Source: Ostreococcus lucimarinus (taxonomy: Eukaryota). Taken from it: a stretch of 64,000 bases of DNA. Both the position numbers and the translations under genes were made by a program. The notes under the pieces were generated by a model. It was not told where the DNA came from. It did not search any database and saw nothing but the letters and a program-made list of their open reading frames with translations. Every line of letters begins with the position of its first letter. The first letter of the stretch is position 1. The stretch lies in assembly GCA_000092065.1 (NCBI GenBank), contig CP000584.1; one strand, 5' to 3'. Shown in pieces: positions 19,958-29,593 of the stretch.

Positions 19958-20878
19958 CTACGCATCGTCGTCGGCGCTTTTATCGACTGAAAAGTCGGCG
20001 ATTTCGCTGACGAGATATATTCTTCCTTTGCCCGTCACGCGCCAAGGCGACGTCTCTCGACGTTCAAACTGCGTTTCGAACACGATTTTCCTACCACACA
20101 CGTGGCACTCCGTGCGTTCTCGCGCCTGCCCTCGCCGTACGGGTAAAAACGCGTACACATCCTCGTGACACGCCGGACACTCACCCGTCATCGCGAGCGT
20201 CTCGCCCGTCGACGCCGCGTTCAACTTTTCCAGTCCGCGCGAAATCAAACCTAATCCCACCAAGCCAACGATCGGGACGCGAAACTGCGGCACATTAGGC
20301 CCGTGATCACCGAGCACGACCGAAAAAACCGCGCGCAAGTCGTCCCCGAAATCCACCAACGCGAAGAGCGTCCCCAGCGCCAAAATCGCCAGGTACGACG
20401 TCTGCAGCGCGCGCATCTGCGCCTCATCCACCACGCAATCCGAATACACCGCCTTCCCGCGCACCGAGCACCGCGGATACTTTTTCACCACCCCACTCCC
20501 CGCGTACGACAACTTCGCCTCCAGCGCATCGAAATATTCATCGCTCACCGCCGGCGCGCCCGTAAAGTACTTCTCCTTGCACGCCACGTACAGCGTCTCC
20601 AACTCCTCTTGCGTCGCCGCGTCGAGGTTTTCGATCACCGCGATCGACGACGACGCCTCCGCCTCCGCGTCCGCGTTCGCTTCACCGTCCGCGTCTCGTC
20701 CGTTCGCCTCGCGCGCGACGCACCGCGCGTCCGCGTCCGCGTCCCGCTCGAGTCGTCGTTTCGCACCCTTTCGCGTCGTTCGCGTCCGCGTCCGCGTCGT
20801 TCGCGTCGCGACGCCCGCGCGCCGGCGCGGACGCGTCGTCGTCGCCGTCGTCGTCGTCGCGCGCGCGCCGAGCGTCAT
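19958..20878 (-). CDS. PGRL1: PGR5-like protein 1 (PGRL1), chloroplast cyclic-electron-flow component, with Arg/Thr-rich transit-peptide-like N-terminus
   Basis: ATG at 20878..20876 (MTLGARATTTTATTT…). Conserved DEYFDALEAKL…KKYPRCSVRGKAVYSD, two TM helices, and C-terminal CxxC…CxxC (TGECPACHEDVY…TECHVCGRKIVFE). Confidence 0.7.
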   Translation of the reverse strand: MTLGARATTTTATTTRPRRRAGVATRTTRTRTRTTRKGAKRRLERDADADARCVAREANGRDADGEANADAEAEASSSIAVIENLDAATQEELETLYVACKEKYFTGAPAVSDEYFDALEAKLSYAGSGVVKKYPRCSVRGKAVYSDCVVDEAQMRALQTSYLAILALGTLFALVDFGDDLRAVFSVVLGDHGPNVPQFRVPIVGLVGLGLISRGLEKLNAASTGETLAMTGECPACHEDVYAFLPVRRGQARERTECHVCGRKIVFETQFERRETSPWRVTGKGRIYLVSEIADFSVDKSADDDA

Positions 20879-21073
20879 CGCCGACGTCGCGCGACCGCGC
20901 GCGCGCGCGTGCCGTCGCGTTCGTATGGCGCGCAGTGAGAAACGGTTTTTCGACACCCGGGATGCCGCAGACGCGCGCGCGCTGGGTCGACGACGACGAC
21001 GATGACGACGCGAACGGAACGTCGCCGACGTGGATTCGATGATTCGGTCGAACGTTCGGCGCGCGCGCGCGCG

Positions 21074-24000
21074 ATGTGGACGCGCGCGAGCGCCGCCGGC
21101 GCGATGGTTTCGCTCGCGATGGCGAGCGGGACGGCCGTCGCGTACACGGCGGGGACGGCGTGTTACCCCGAAGCGGCGTGCGAGTCGGGCGGAAGCAACA
21201 CGTTCGATAAATACCAGCGAAGAGTGTGTCAAATGCTCGCGGACACGAGCAAGTATTGCATCATCCCGAGCGAACCGACGGACGAATTGAGTGGGTGTTC
21301 GCGCGAGCTGCTGTATCACGGTTGGTGCGACGCGAACAAGTACGTCTTTGAATCGGGATGTTTGGCCAAACATCCGACGACGGATTCTTCGGCGTGCTCG
21401 AATTGCAATTTCGATTCGTATCCGACAGCGTATTGGAGCGTGGGGGCGCCATATCCTCTACACCCTGGAATGGTTAATCACGCTTTCCGAGAGTGCGTGG
21501 TCGATTACGTCAAGGCGAAGATCGAAGAAGGTTTTGCCGCTGAAGGTATGACCGCGGATGCGACATCGCTTCAGCAGCTCGCAGAGCAAGAATTTCCGGT
21601 GGAACAAATGGTGGACGTTGACGATTACAAAGAGCAGTATTCAAGTTATTACTTAGATGATGGAGACTTCGACGAGTTGGACGAAGAGATGACCGATGAA
21701 CACCTCGACGACGTCTCCGGATCCGTTGACGAAAGCGTCATGACGAAGACAGTAACGGCTTCGTGCTCTTCGCCCTCAGACGACAAAATCTGCTACAAAA
21801 TGTGCGCTGGTGACCTCGGTCTTAATCTCGAGTATAAGATCAAGGTGCCGAAAGTCTGCGCTAAAATCAAAATTCTCGGGAAGAAGTTTAAGAAATGCAT
21901 CAGAGTCCCGACGACGAAGTTTAAAATTCCAAACAAGTGCACGAACTTGTGCGTCAATATTCCAGGTTACTGCGAGATGCAAGAAGCGGCGAGTGCGATT
22001 ACACAGATAAAGAACATCAGATCACTCGGTGATTTGGCATTACCCTGCAAAACACTGGGTGGGCCGGGCGATGTCTGTAATCTGCTCGAAGAAGCCGACG
22101 ACGCGTTTAGAGCGATGGAGTCGATGGCGAAAATAGCCACGACGTCAACGGTCGACGCCTTTCTCGATCTGCGAGTGTTACCGTCGATATTGCAAAACGT
22201 CCTCGACGAAGCTACGGACGCTTTGGAGGACATCGCCAACGGCCTCGAAAATAAACTCCGCAACTTGGTGGAACATGTCTGGGGTACGGTTGCGAGCTCG
22301 TCGTCCGAAGTCGTATCGTTCATCGAAAATAACGTCAAGGGTTCAATATGCGCATCGTCGAGTTCCACGGCATCGCTCGGAGCCGCGCGCGAAGAGCGAC
22401 GACTCGCCCTCGTAAATGACATTCATCGCGGCGTGCGCGCTGCGTTCCGGGGCGACTCGACTCCGACGCACTCAGCGCGTCCAATCGTTCCTAATCTAGG
22501 CGCTGGGCAGTGTTGCTATCACATCCCGTTCGCGTGTAGCAGCGAGGTGGATTTCCCAATGCCTTGGCCGAAGGCCTTGGAGAATATATCGGACTCACCG
22601 GGTGCCGTCGTTGTGAACATGCCGGGCCTGGAATTCAACATCTGTGGCGAGATCACGCAGTTTAAGGTGGACGAGAAAGTTGCGACGAAACTGGTGAATG
22701 CTTTTGGTGATATGTTCGAAGCGCTCTTTGCAGCACTTTACGAAGAGAGCGGACTGAAAAAAGTCGTGGATGACGTGAAAGATCTGACAAAGGACATGTT
22801 TGGGTCGTCGGCGGCGCTCGGATCGTATGATCGACCGTCTTTCTCCACCGACGACCGCAAACATCTGTTGAGGAAATACGTCGAAGTCAAAAACCGGATG
22901 GCAGAGACGGAGACAATCGTTCTGGAGGAACTTTTGAAAATATCTGACACCATTCATTCGCCCGAATACTTGACGCATACAACACGGACGCCGTCGCGCG
23001 ATGACGTGCCGTCTCTGGGCGGCGAGAACTTGTTCGAAAAGGTCCTGAATGATTTCGCCGACGATTTGCAGACGGCTCTTAAATCTATGGCAGACACGAC
23101 AGTCGTGAAGGCGGATATGTCAATCAACGTGAAAGGAGACACGTCCATCAATGCGAAGGCGAGCGTCTACAAGATCGGCGACATCATCGACAAGCTCGAT
23201 ATTCCAAATAGCTTTGCGGGCGTCCACGTCGCCCCTCTGTTTCCCGGTTTAACCGCGGCGCTTCAATACGACGTGTTGCTTTCGATGCCATATTACGTCA
23301 ACATCGACATGGAGGCATCTTTTGCCTTGGGTCTCGATATCGATATCCCGATATCTCTCGAACTTTCGAATACACCAAACTTCGCCATGGGCTCGCCCGC
23401 CGTGAACTTGGTTCCGACGTACACCGCAGCCGGTAAGTCGAGCGCGCAGGTAGGCGCGAGTGTTGAGATAAAGAAAGGCTGGATAGCGCTGTGCGCGGGG
23501 ACTCACTGCGTCGGCCCATGGATCAAAGCGCGCCAAGACGTCTACGTCGGGGTCGACACCTGGGCTTTCGCCAACTGCGACTCGGGATATGGCGAGCTCG
23601 TGCCAAAATGGACCGACGGATTCTCTTATTCGAGCAAAAATCAAGCAGCATGCGCAGGTTCACTCGCAGGCGCTGGTGGCTACGCGCAAGTGCCGAAGAC
23701 GGGCAATATTCTCGCTCAGGTACTGTTCGCCCCCATGCCGATCATGCCCTCGGGCGCGAGCGCCGCCTCGCAATCCGCGGCGCGTCTCGGCGACGACGAC
23801 GACGAGTGCGAGGCTCAGCCAATGGGTATGATACTGGCCGATTACACCAACACCGTGCATAACGCCGTCATGGCGGGCGGCGATAACTGGTACACGACGG
23901 ATTTGTTTGCCGAGTGCCCGTCCGCGGGCAAGTGCCCCGCGCCGTCACCGCCGCAACCGTACACGCCAACGGCGAACACAAAGCTTGCCAAGTACAACGC

Positions 24001-24394
24001 CCGGTGCTGCGGCAACTCCGGCGATTCGCGCTGCGCCGCAGCGATCGAAGGTACGTACGAAACGCTCTGCGCCCAGCTCTGCGACGCCTGCGCGGGTTGT
24101 GTCGCCTTCGACTACCAAGCCAGCAAGAACAAATGCGGCTTCAGCAAAAGCGATAGCACGGAGGACCGGGTGGGATTCACGCACTTCGGTCACGGCGCGA
24201 CGCCCGCGTCCAAATCTTCCCTCGGCTCTCGCATGCGTTTCAGCGCGCGCGCGTCGTCGCCAACGTCACCATCCGCGCTCACCGCCGTCTTCGTCGTCGC
24301 CTTCGCCGCCGCCTTCGCCTCGGCCGCGTTTCGCCGCCGCCGCCTCGACGACGCTCGCCGCGCGCGCGTCGACGATTACGGCGCGTTCGACTGA
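21074..24394 (+). CDS. Large (~1100 aa) secreted/cell-surface Cys-rich protein with signal peptide, C-terminal PAN/apple-like domain and C-terminal hydrophobic anchor
   Basis: In-frame ATG at 21074 ([27 protein letters not shown]… signal peptide; the track ORF begins 24 codons earlier at ATG 21002). C-terminal [50 protein letters not shown] resembles a PAN domain. It ends with [27 protein letters not shown]. Confidence 0.6.
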   Translation: MWTRASAAGAMVSLAMASGTAVAYTAGTACYPEAACESGGSNTFDKYQRRVCQMLADTSKYCIIPSEPTDELSGCSRELLYHGWCDANKYVFESGCLAKHPTTDSSACSNCNFDSYPTAYWSVGAPYPLHPGMVNHAFRECVVDYVKAKIEEGFAAEGMTADATSLQQLAEQEFPVEQMVDVDDYKEQYSSYYLDDGDFDELDEEMTDEHLDDVSGSVDESVMTKTVTASCSSPSDDKICYKMCAGDLGLNLEYKIKVPKVCAKIKILGKKFKKCIRVPTTKFKIPNKCTNLCVNIPGYCEMQEAASAITQIKNIRSLGDLALPCKTLGGPGDVCNLLEEADDAFRAMESMAKIATTSTVDAFLDLRVLPSILQNVLDEATDALEDIANGLENKLRNLVEHVWGTVASSSSEVVSFIENNVKGSICASSSSTASLGAAREERRLALVNDIHRGVRAAFRGDSTPTHSARPIVPNLGAGQCCYHIPFACSSEVDFPMPWPKALENISDSPGAVVVNMPGLEFNICGEITQFKVDEKVATKLVNAFGDMFEALFAALYEESGLKKVVDDVKDLTKDMFGSSAALGSYDRPSFSTDDRKHLLRKYVEVKNRMAETETIVLEELLKISDTIHSPEYLTHTTRTPSRDDVPSLGGENLFEKVLNDFADDLQTALKSMADTTVVKADMSINVKGDTSINAKASVYKIGDIIDKLDIPNSFAGVHVAPLFPGLTAALQYDVLLSMPYYVNIDMEASFALGLDIDIPISLELSNTPNFAMGSPAVNLVPTYTAAGKSSAQVGASVEIKKGWIALCAGTHCVGPWIKARQDVYVGVDTWAFANCDSGYGELVPKWTDGFSYSSKNQAACAGSLAGAGGYAQVPKTGNILAQVLFAPMPIMPSGASAASQSAARLGDDDDECEAQPMGMILADYTNTVHNAVMAGGDNWYTTDLFAECPSAGKCPAPSPPQPYTPTANTKLAKYNARCCGNSGDSRCAAAIEGTYETLCAQLCDACAGCVAFDYQASKNKCGFSKSDSTEDRVGFTHFGHGATPASKSSLGSRMRFSARASSPTSPSALTAVFVVAFAAAFASAAFRRRRLDDARRARVDDYGAFD

Positions 24395-24735
24395 TCGACG
24401 CGTCCCTCCGGCGCGTCTCGCGCTCGAGCGTTCGAGTCGATCATCGCTCCACTCATCTCTGTATTTTCTCATATTTCCTCACATTTTCTCCATCGCGCGC
24501 CTCCCCGCCGTGTCGCGCGTCGCGCTCGGCCCGGTTCGCTGGGCGCGGTCGCCGCCGGCGCGATTCTGGATTTTGGATTCTCGTTTCGCCGCACTCGTCG
24601 TCGCGCTTTGCCGCGCGCACCGACGCGCGCGCCCGAGAACGAGCGCGGCTCGAGAACGCGGACGCGCACCGACGCCGTCGCGCGAACGTCGCGCGCGCGG
24701 TGCGCGTCGACGACGCTCGAAGGCGACGCGACGCC

Positions 24736-24826
24736 ATGAAGCTCGTGCGGTTTTTGCAGAAACTCTCCAACGAAAGCGTGACGATAGAGCTCAAGAACGG
24801 CACCACGGCGCACGGGACGATCATGG
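24736..24826 (+). CDS. SMD1: Small nuclear ribonucleoprotein Sm D1, exon 1 ([30 protein letters not shown] + G codon nt 1)
   Basis: ATG at 24736. Near-identical to eukaryotic SmD1 N-terminus ([23 protein letters not shown]…HGTI). The reading frame breaks after ..ATCATGG|GTGCGTG. Confidence 0.8.
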
Positions 24827-25045
24827 GTGCGTGCACGATGACGACGACGGCGCGCGACGCGCGAGGACGACGCGCGAGGACGAACGAGAGAAGCGCGAAT
24901 GCGAAACGCGGGAAACGCGGCGACGATCGGGACGCGGCGAGAAGACTCGACGGGAGACGAGACGCGAGAGGGACGAGACGCAGGGCGAGCGACGCGAGCG
25001 AAGACTGACGAGCGCGAAAATCACGGCGTCGCGCGCGATCGACAG
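24827..25045 (+). other. Inferred spliceosomal intron (~219 nt) in SmD1; donor G|GTGCGTG, branch-like GCGAAGACTGACGAG 37 nt upstream of the AG
   Basis: Splice junction inferred from protein conservation (…HGTIMG|[10 protein letters not shown]…). The acceptor position may be off by 1 nt against the ORF-track frame. Confidence 0.7.
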
Positions 25046-25299
25046 GCGTGGACGTGAGCATGAACACGCACCTGAAGCAGGTGAAGCTCACGCTCAAGGG
25101 TAAAAACCCGACGGCGGTCGAACACCTGAGCGTTCGAGGGAACACGATTCGGTATTACATCCTTCCGGACTCTTTGAATCTGGACACTTTGTTAGTAGAC
25201 GACACGCCCAAGCAAGGGAAACCGCGCGCGAAGGCGGCGGCGAGCGCCGGTCGAGGGCGCGGTCGCGGTCGAGGGCGCGGGCGCGCGCGGCCGACGTAG
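25046..25299 (+). CDS. SMD1: SmD1 exon 2, including the C-terminal (GR)n tail ([16 protein letters not shown])
   Basis: [52 protein letters not shown]… matches the SmD1 Sm2 motif and the RG-repeat tail. Frame taken from ORF-track entry 25048..25299. Confidence 0.8.
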
Positions 25300-25512
25300 T
25301 CGGTCCGCCGTCGGCGTCCGAGCGCGTAGTCGCCGCGTCGCGCGCGATTCGACGTCGAGCGCGCCGTCGCGCCGCAGTTGTTTGTTTTATACGATATCCA
25401 GCGATTAGATAGATCTCCGTCGCCGCGTCGACCTCGTCGCGTCCGTCGTCGCCGCGTCGACTTTCAATTTCAAACCGACCGAACCGACAGGTGGCGCCAT
25501 TCCGCGACGCCC

Positions 25513-26289
25513 ATGCCCGCGTCCGCGCGCGCGCTCGAGCGCGCGCGCGCGGCCGTCGAACTCGACGTCGCGCGAGACTTCCCCGCCGCCGCGCGCGCGT
25601 ACAGAGACGCCGCGGCGGCGCTCGACGCCGACGCCGACGCCGACGCCGACGGCGCCGATGGATTGCGACGGAAAGCGCGCGAATACCGCGCGCGCGCGGA
25701 CGAATTAGAGGCGACGACGCGCGAGACGACGGTTGATTACACCTCGCTCGTCGGCGTCGCGAGCGGGGCGGCGCGCGCGAAGACGACGATGGAGACGAAG
25801 ACGCGCGACGCCGGCGGCGCGCGCGTCGTCGGCGGCGCCGCCGCGGTCGGCGCGTGCGCGGGATTCGCGTTGCTCGGACCGGTGAGCGCCGTCGTCGGCG
25901 CGGGGGCGATGGCATACGGCACGACGCGGCGCGACGGCGTCGGGAGCGCGTGCTCGGGGGCGGGAAAGATGGCGGCGAACGCGTACTCGAGCGTGAAGAG
26001 ATGGAATCGCGAGCACGCCGTCACGACGAAAGCCGCCGCCGCGTGCGCGACGGGCGCCAAGGCGGTGAAAAAGCTGGACGACGAGTATAAGATACGCGAG
26101 AAGACGGCCAAGGCGGTGACCGGCACCGCGAGGGCGGCGAGCGAATTTAACGAAAAGCACGGCGTGACGAAGAAAATCGGCGAGGGCGTCTCCGTCGGTC
26201 TCGACGTCGTGACGAAGAAGCTCGGCGGCGTCGACGCGCGCGACGAGGCGTCGAGCGAGGGCGCGCGTTTGCCATCCGCGCCGCGTTGA
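25513..26289 (+). CDS. Hypothetical MIT-domain-like protein with Gly/Ala-rich central region
   Basis: First in-frame ATG at 25513 (the track start at 25378 is TTG). N-terminal ALERARAAVELDVARDFPAAARAYRDAAAAL…LRRKAREYRARADELE resembles a MIT three-helix domain. No further domains. Confidence 0.45.
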   Translation: MPASARALERARAAVELDVARDFPAAARAYRDAAAALDADADADADGADGLRRKAREYRARADELEATTRETTVDYTSLVGVASGAARAKTTMETKTRDAGGARVVGGAAAVGACAGFALLGPVSAVVGAGAMAYGTTRRDGVGSACSGAGKMAANAYSSVKRWNREHAVTTKAAAACATGAKAVKKLDDEYKIREKTAKAVTGTARAASEFNEKHGVTKKIGEGVSVGLDVVTKKLGGVDARDEASSEGARLPSAPR

Positions 26290-26438
26290 TCGCGCCTAGC
26301 GTCCTTGTACATTTACATCACACCGCACGACTCGCAGTCGCCTCGGCGTCGACAGTCTGACGGGACAGTTACGACGGTTACTCCGCACAGTCGCGCGCTC
26401 GCGCCGCGCGCGACGCGCGAGCGCGAGCGCGACGAGCG

Positions 26439-26483
<45 letters not shown>

Positions 26484-26680
26484 GCGCGCGCGACGCGACG
26501 ACGATGCGTTCGCGCGCGGAGAGGACGGCGCGGCGGTCGAGACGACGCGAGACGACGAGACGACGCGCGGCGGCGGCGTGGCCGGACGACGCGCGCGCGA
26601 AGACGCTGTTCACGGCGCGGGGCTCGCGCGAAAAACCGACGCGGTACGATTATCGGAGTCGAGTGCGAGGCGTGGTGGGG

Positions 26681-29503
26681 ATGGAAAAGTTTAGCGACGA
26701 CGAGTTGGACTCGGCGAGCGAATCGGAGGAAGAGTGGCTCGTCGACGAGGACGACGACGAGGCGAGCGGAGGCGACGATGAAAGGCGGAGCGGAAGCGAC
26801 GACGAAGATGGTGAGGAGGATGACGACGACGGTGTTCGTGCGGTCCGTCGACGAAGGCGGATGAAAGCTTCGAATCCATTCGAATCGGACGACGACGACG
26901 ACGGTGTTCGTGCGGTCCGTCGACGAAGGCGGATGAAAGCTTCGAATCCATTCGAATCGGACGACGACGACGACGACGACGACGACGATTTCAAGCCGAT
27001 TCGTAAACGTAGAAGAGTGTCGACGAAGAGACAAAAGGACGAAGAAAAAACCGTGAGAGTCGAGACGCCGCGACGCGCGAGCACACGAGTGGGCGCGAGG
27101 GCGAAACGAAAAGCGGCCGACGCGGCGAGACACGTCTCTTCATTGTTGCGTCCAACGATGGATGTGGACGACGAATCAATCGTCGAGGACGACGCGTCGT
27201 CTTCGGATTCTTCCGAATTGGATTTTGTCGTCGACGACGACGAGGACGAGACTGCGACTGAAGTTGACTTCACGCCTCGAAGAACCCGGCTGAGTCTGGG
27301 ATCGAGCGTTGACGAGGCTCTGAGCATCGACGACGTCGCAGCGTTGAAACGCGCTCTCTCACGTCTAGAGGAGACACCTCGACCGGGTCGCGTGCTCATC
27401 TCCGCGGCCGCGCACAACGCCATAAACGTAGCGAGCGAGTTCTTGGCGAATGGTATTCGAGTAAATGGTCAGTTGAACGAGAGGGGATCCAAGAAACCGC
27501 ACATCACGGACATCGCCGACGCGCTTCACATCGCGTGCGAACGAGGCAACGTGGATTTCGTTCACGCCGTGAGGGACCAAATCGGATTGGCGCAGTTCTG
27601 TCGAGGTGGTGACACCGGCGGTTGGCCGACCTCAGCGACGGGCGGCACACTCGTCCATTCGGCGGCGGATAACGAAAAAGCGAGCGCGGAGTGCGTTGCA
27701 GCGGCGATTATGGCGGAGTCACCACCGAAAGGGCGCGTCATGCCCGTGGCTGCGGTGTTCGACGAAGACGCTCGCGGCGCACGCACGCCGTTGATGATCG
27801 CTGCGGGTGCAGGTCCCGAGTGGGGGTCTTGCGTTGAAGCGCTCTTGAGGGATGCCAGAACATACGGCCAACGCGCAGTGCGAATCGCGATACGATGTCA
27901 AGAGCCACAAGAAGGATGTTCTGCGGTGCACATCGCCGCCGTCGCCGGAAATGTGGTTTGTTTGGAGAAATTTCTAAAGGAAGATCCATCGTGCTTAAAG
28001 GTGAAAGACTACAACGATTCGACGCCATTGCATTGGGCATCTATGGAAGGACGGCACGAGACGATCCGAGTGTTGCTCGAGAAGGGCGCCAACAGACTAG
28101 CGATTGACAAAATGGGTTGGATTCCGTTGCTCTACGCCAATTTTCACGAAAAGAGTGAGGCAGTTTTATACTTGCTCGAGAAACAAGTCTCGGAGCAATT
28201 GCAGACCATGTTCACTGCGGTGGCATCGGAGGACGATGGGAAGTCCAAGTTGCAGGTACAAAAGGTTTTGAATTTGCTCGCAGCCAAACCAGCGTACTAC
28301 GATGCGATAAACAACTGCATCAGGAGAGACATGTCGCTCTTGGGCCCTGTCATGAACATGCTGCGCGAATGTGGAGCGATTACTATTATCAATTTGGCCA
28401 ACCGCGTGTCGTTCTTGCGCAATACGTGGCTCAATGAATATGGATTGCAAAATTTAGCTCTCTCGAAAAGTTTCACCTTGTCTGCGCAAGACGCTTGGCA
28501 CGACTTTTTCGTAAATGTCTGGTCCGTCTCGCCAAAGATTTTGAAGATTCGACATCTCAGTTGGGGCTTGCGGCAGCCATCGGGGGATGTTTCAGTAGGT
28601 CCGGGACCAACGCGTGAAGCGTTCAGCTTGATGGCGAACGAGTTGTGCGATGGAAACAGAGCCGACCGCCAGCTATTTACACAGGATGACGCGCGCACGT
28701 ACAAACGTAAGGAAGGTATCGACCGCCCGAGCGTGCTGAAAGAGCTCCAGTGTTTCGGCGAACTTCTGGCGCACGTGGTGCTCTTCGGCAGCGCCGTTTT
28801 ACCGATTCCGTTCTCCAAAGTCTTCCTGAGGCGCGTCATCGCCAACGAAAAATGTGACGCGTTCACTCTAGACGATCTCGCCGACGTTGAGCCCGCAGTG
28901 GTGAAGTCGATCAAGGTTGTGCTTGAAACCGACGACGTCGAATCGCTCTGTCTCACGTTTATCGATCCGACGACGAACGAAGAGACAGACGTCACGAAGG
29001 CAAACTTGCAAGCATTCAAGCGACAAAAAATTCGCGAAATGGTGTCGAGCATCGTAGACGACGCATCCGTGCACGCGATCCGCACAGGTTTGCTCCAAAT
29101 CATGCGAAAATCACAGATCGAGGTGCTGGCGCCCGAAGAGTTTGGCCTCGTCGCCGCCGGCTCGCAATCGATCGACCCCAAGGAATGGCGCCGACACGCC
29201 TCCTTCTCACCAAGTCCAGAGATGGAATGGTTTTGGGACGTGGTCGAACGCATGAACAACGACGACAAATCTCGTCTCCTCCAATTCTCCACCGGGAGTA
29301 GTTTACTTCCGGTCGGTTCTTTCGCCGCGCTGTGTCCTCCGTGGAGCATCGAAGTCGGTCTTCACCGCGACGCCAGTAAGCTCCCCACCGCCTGGACGTG
29401 CTTCAACACGCTTCAAATGCCGCGCTACCCATCGAAAGAATTGCTCGAAGAGCGCTTGTTTTGCGCGCTGCGCCACGGAAGCGCTGGATTCGCCTTTGCG
29501 TGA
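26681..29503 (+). CDS. HECT-type E3 ubiquitin-protein ligase with acidic N-terminal region and ankyrin repeats
   Basis: ATG at 26681 (MEKFSDDELDSASESEEEW). Ankyrin repeats (…TPLHWASMEGRHETIRVLLEKGAN…). HECT C-lobe ends …LPTAWTCFNTLQMPRYPSKELLEERLFCALRHGSAGFAFA*. Confidence 0.85.
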   Translation: MEKFSDDELDSASESEEEWLVDEDDDEASGGDDERRSGSDDEDGEEDDDDGVRAVRRRRRMKASNPFESDDDDDGVRAVRRRRRMKASNPFESDDDDDDDDDDFKPIRKRRRVSTKRQKDEEKTVRVETPRRASTRVGARAKRKAADAARHVSSLLRPTMDVDDESIVEDDASSSDSSELDFVVDDDEDETATEVDFTPRRTRLSLGSSVDEALSIDDVAALKRALSRLEETPRPGRVLISAAAHNAINVASEFLANGIRVNGQLNERGSKKPHITDIADALHIACERGNVDFVHAVRDQIGLAQFCRGGDTGGWPTSATGGTLVHSAADNEKASAECVAAAIMAESPPKGRVMPVAAVFDEDARGARTPLMIAAGAGPEWGSCVEALLRDARTYGQRAVRIAIRCQEPQEGCSAVHIAAVAGNVVCLEKFLKEDPSCLKVKDYNDSTPLHWASMEGRHETIRVLLEKGANRLAIDKMGWIPLLYANFHEKSEAVLYLLEKQVSEQLQTMFTAVASEDDGKSKLQVQKVLNLLAAKPAYYDAINNCIRRDMSLLGPVMNMLRECGAITIINLANRVSFLRNTWLNEYGLQNLALSKSFTLSAQDAWHDFFVNVWSVSPKILKIRHLSWGLRQPSGDVSVGPGPTREAFSLMANELCDGNRADRQLFTQDDARTYKRKEGIDRPSVLKELQCFGELLAHVVLFGSAVLPIPFSKVFLRRVIANEKCDAFTLDDLADVEPAVVKSIKVVLETDDVESLCLTFIDPTTNEETDVTKANLQAFKRQKIREMVSSIVDDASVHAIRTGLLQIMRKSQIEVLAPEEFGLVAAGSQSIDPKEWRRHASFSPSPEMEWFWDVVERMNNDDKSRLLQFSTGSSLLPVGSFAALCPPWSIEVGLHRDASKLPTAWTCFNTLQMPRYPSKELLEERLFCALRHGSAGFAFA
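26823..26962 (+). repeat. Perfect ~69-nt in-frame tandem duplication inside the HECT-ligase N-terminal acidic region (encodes DDDGVRAVRRRRRMKASNPFESD x2)
   Basis: gacgacgacggtgttcgtgcggtccgtcgacgaaggcggatgaaagcttcgaatccattcgaatcggac occurs twice consecutively at 26823-26962, with one extra GAC at the start of copy 2. Confidence 0.7.
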
Positions 29504-29593
29504 CGTTCGCCGAACGCGCCTCGCCTCGTAAACGCGCGTGTAACACGCTTTGATTCGCCTCGCGTCTCGTCACACACCGCCGTCATCGCGACG

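Noticed and set aside
20303-21005. Plus-strand ORFs 20303..20938 and 20577..21005
   Set aside because: Antisense to the PGRL1 gene and its transit-peptide region. Arg-rich low complexity.
23907-25915. 398-aa plus ORF 23907..25103 and 273-aa minus ORF 25094..25915
   Set aside because: Both are R/A/S/T/P low-complexity read-throughs. The first overlaps the 3' end of the surface-protein gene and runs across the SmD1 locus out of frame. The second is antisense to SmD1 exon 2 and the MIT-like gene.
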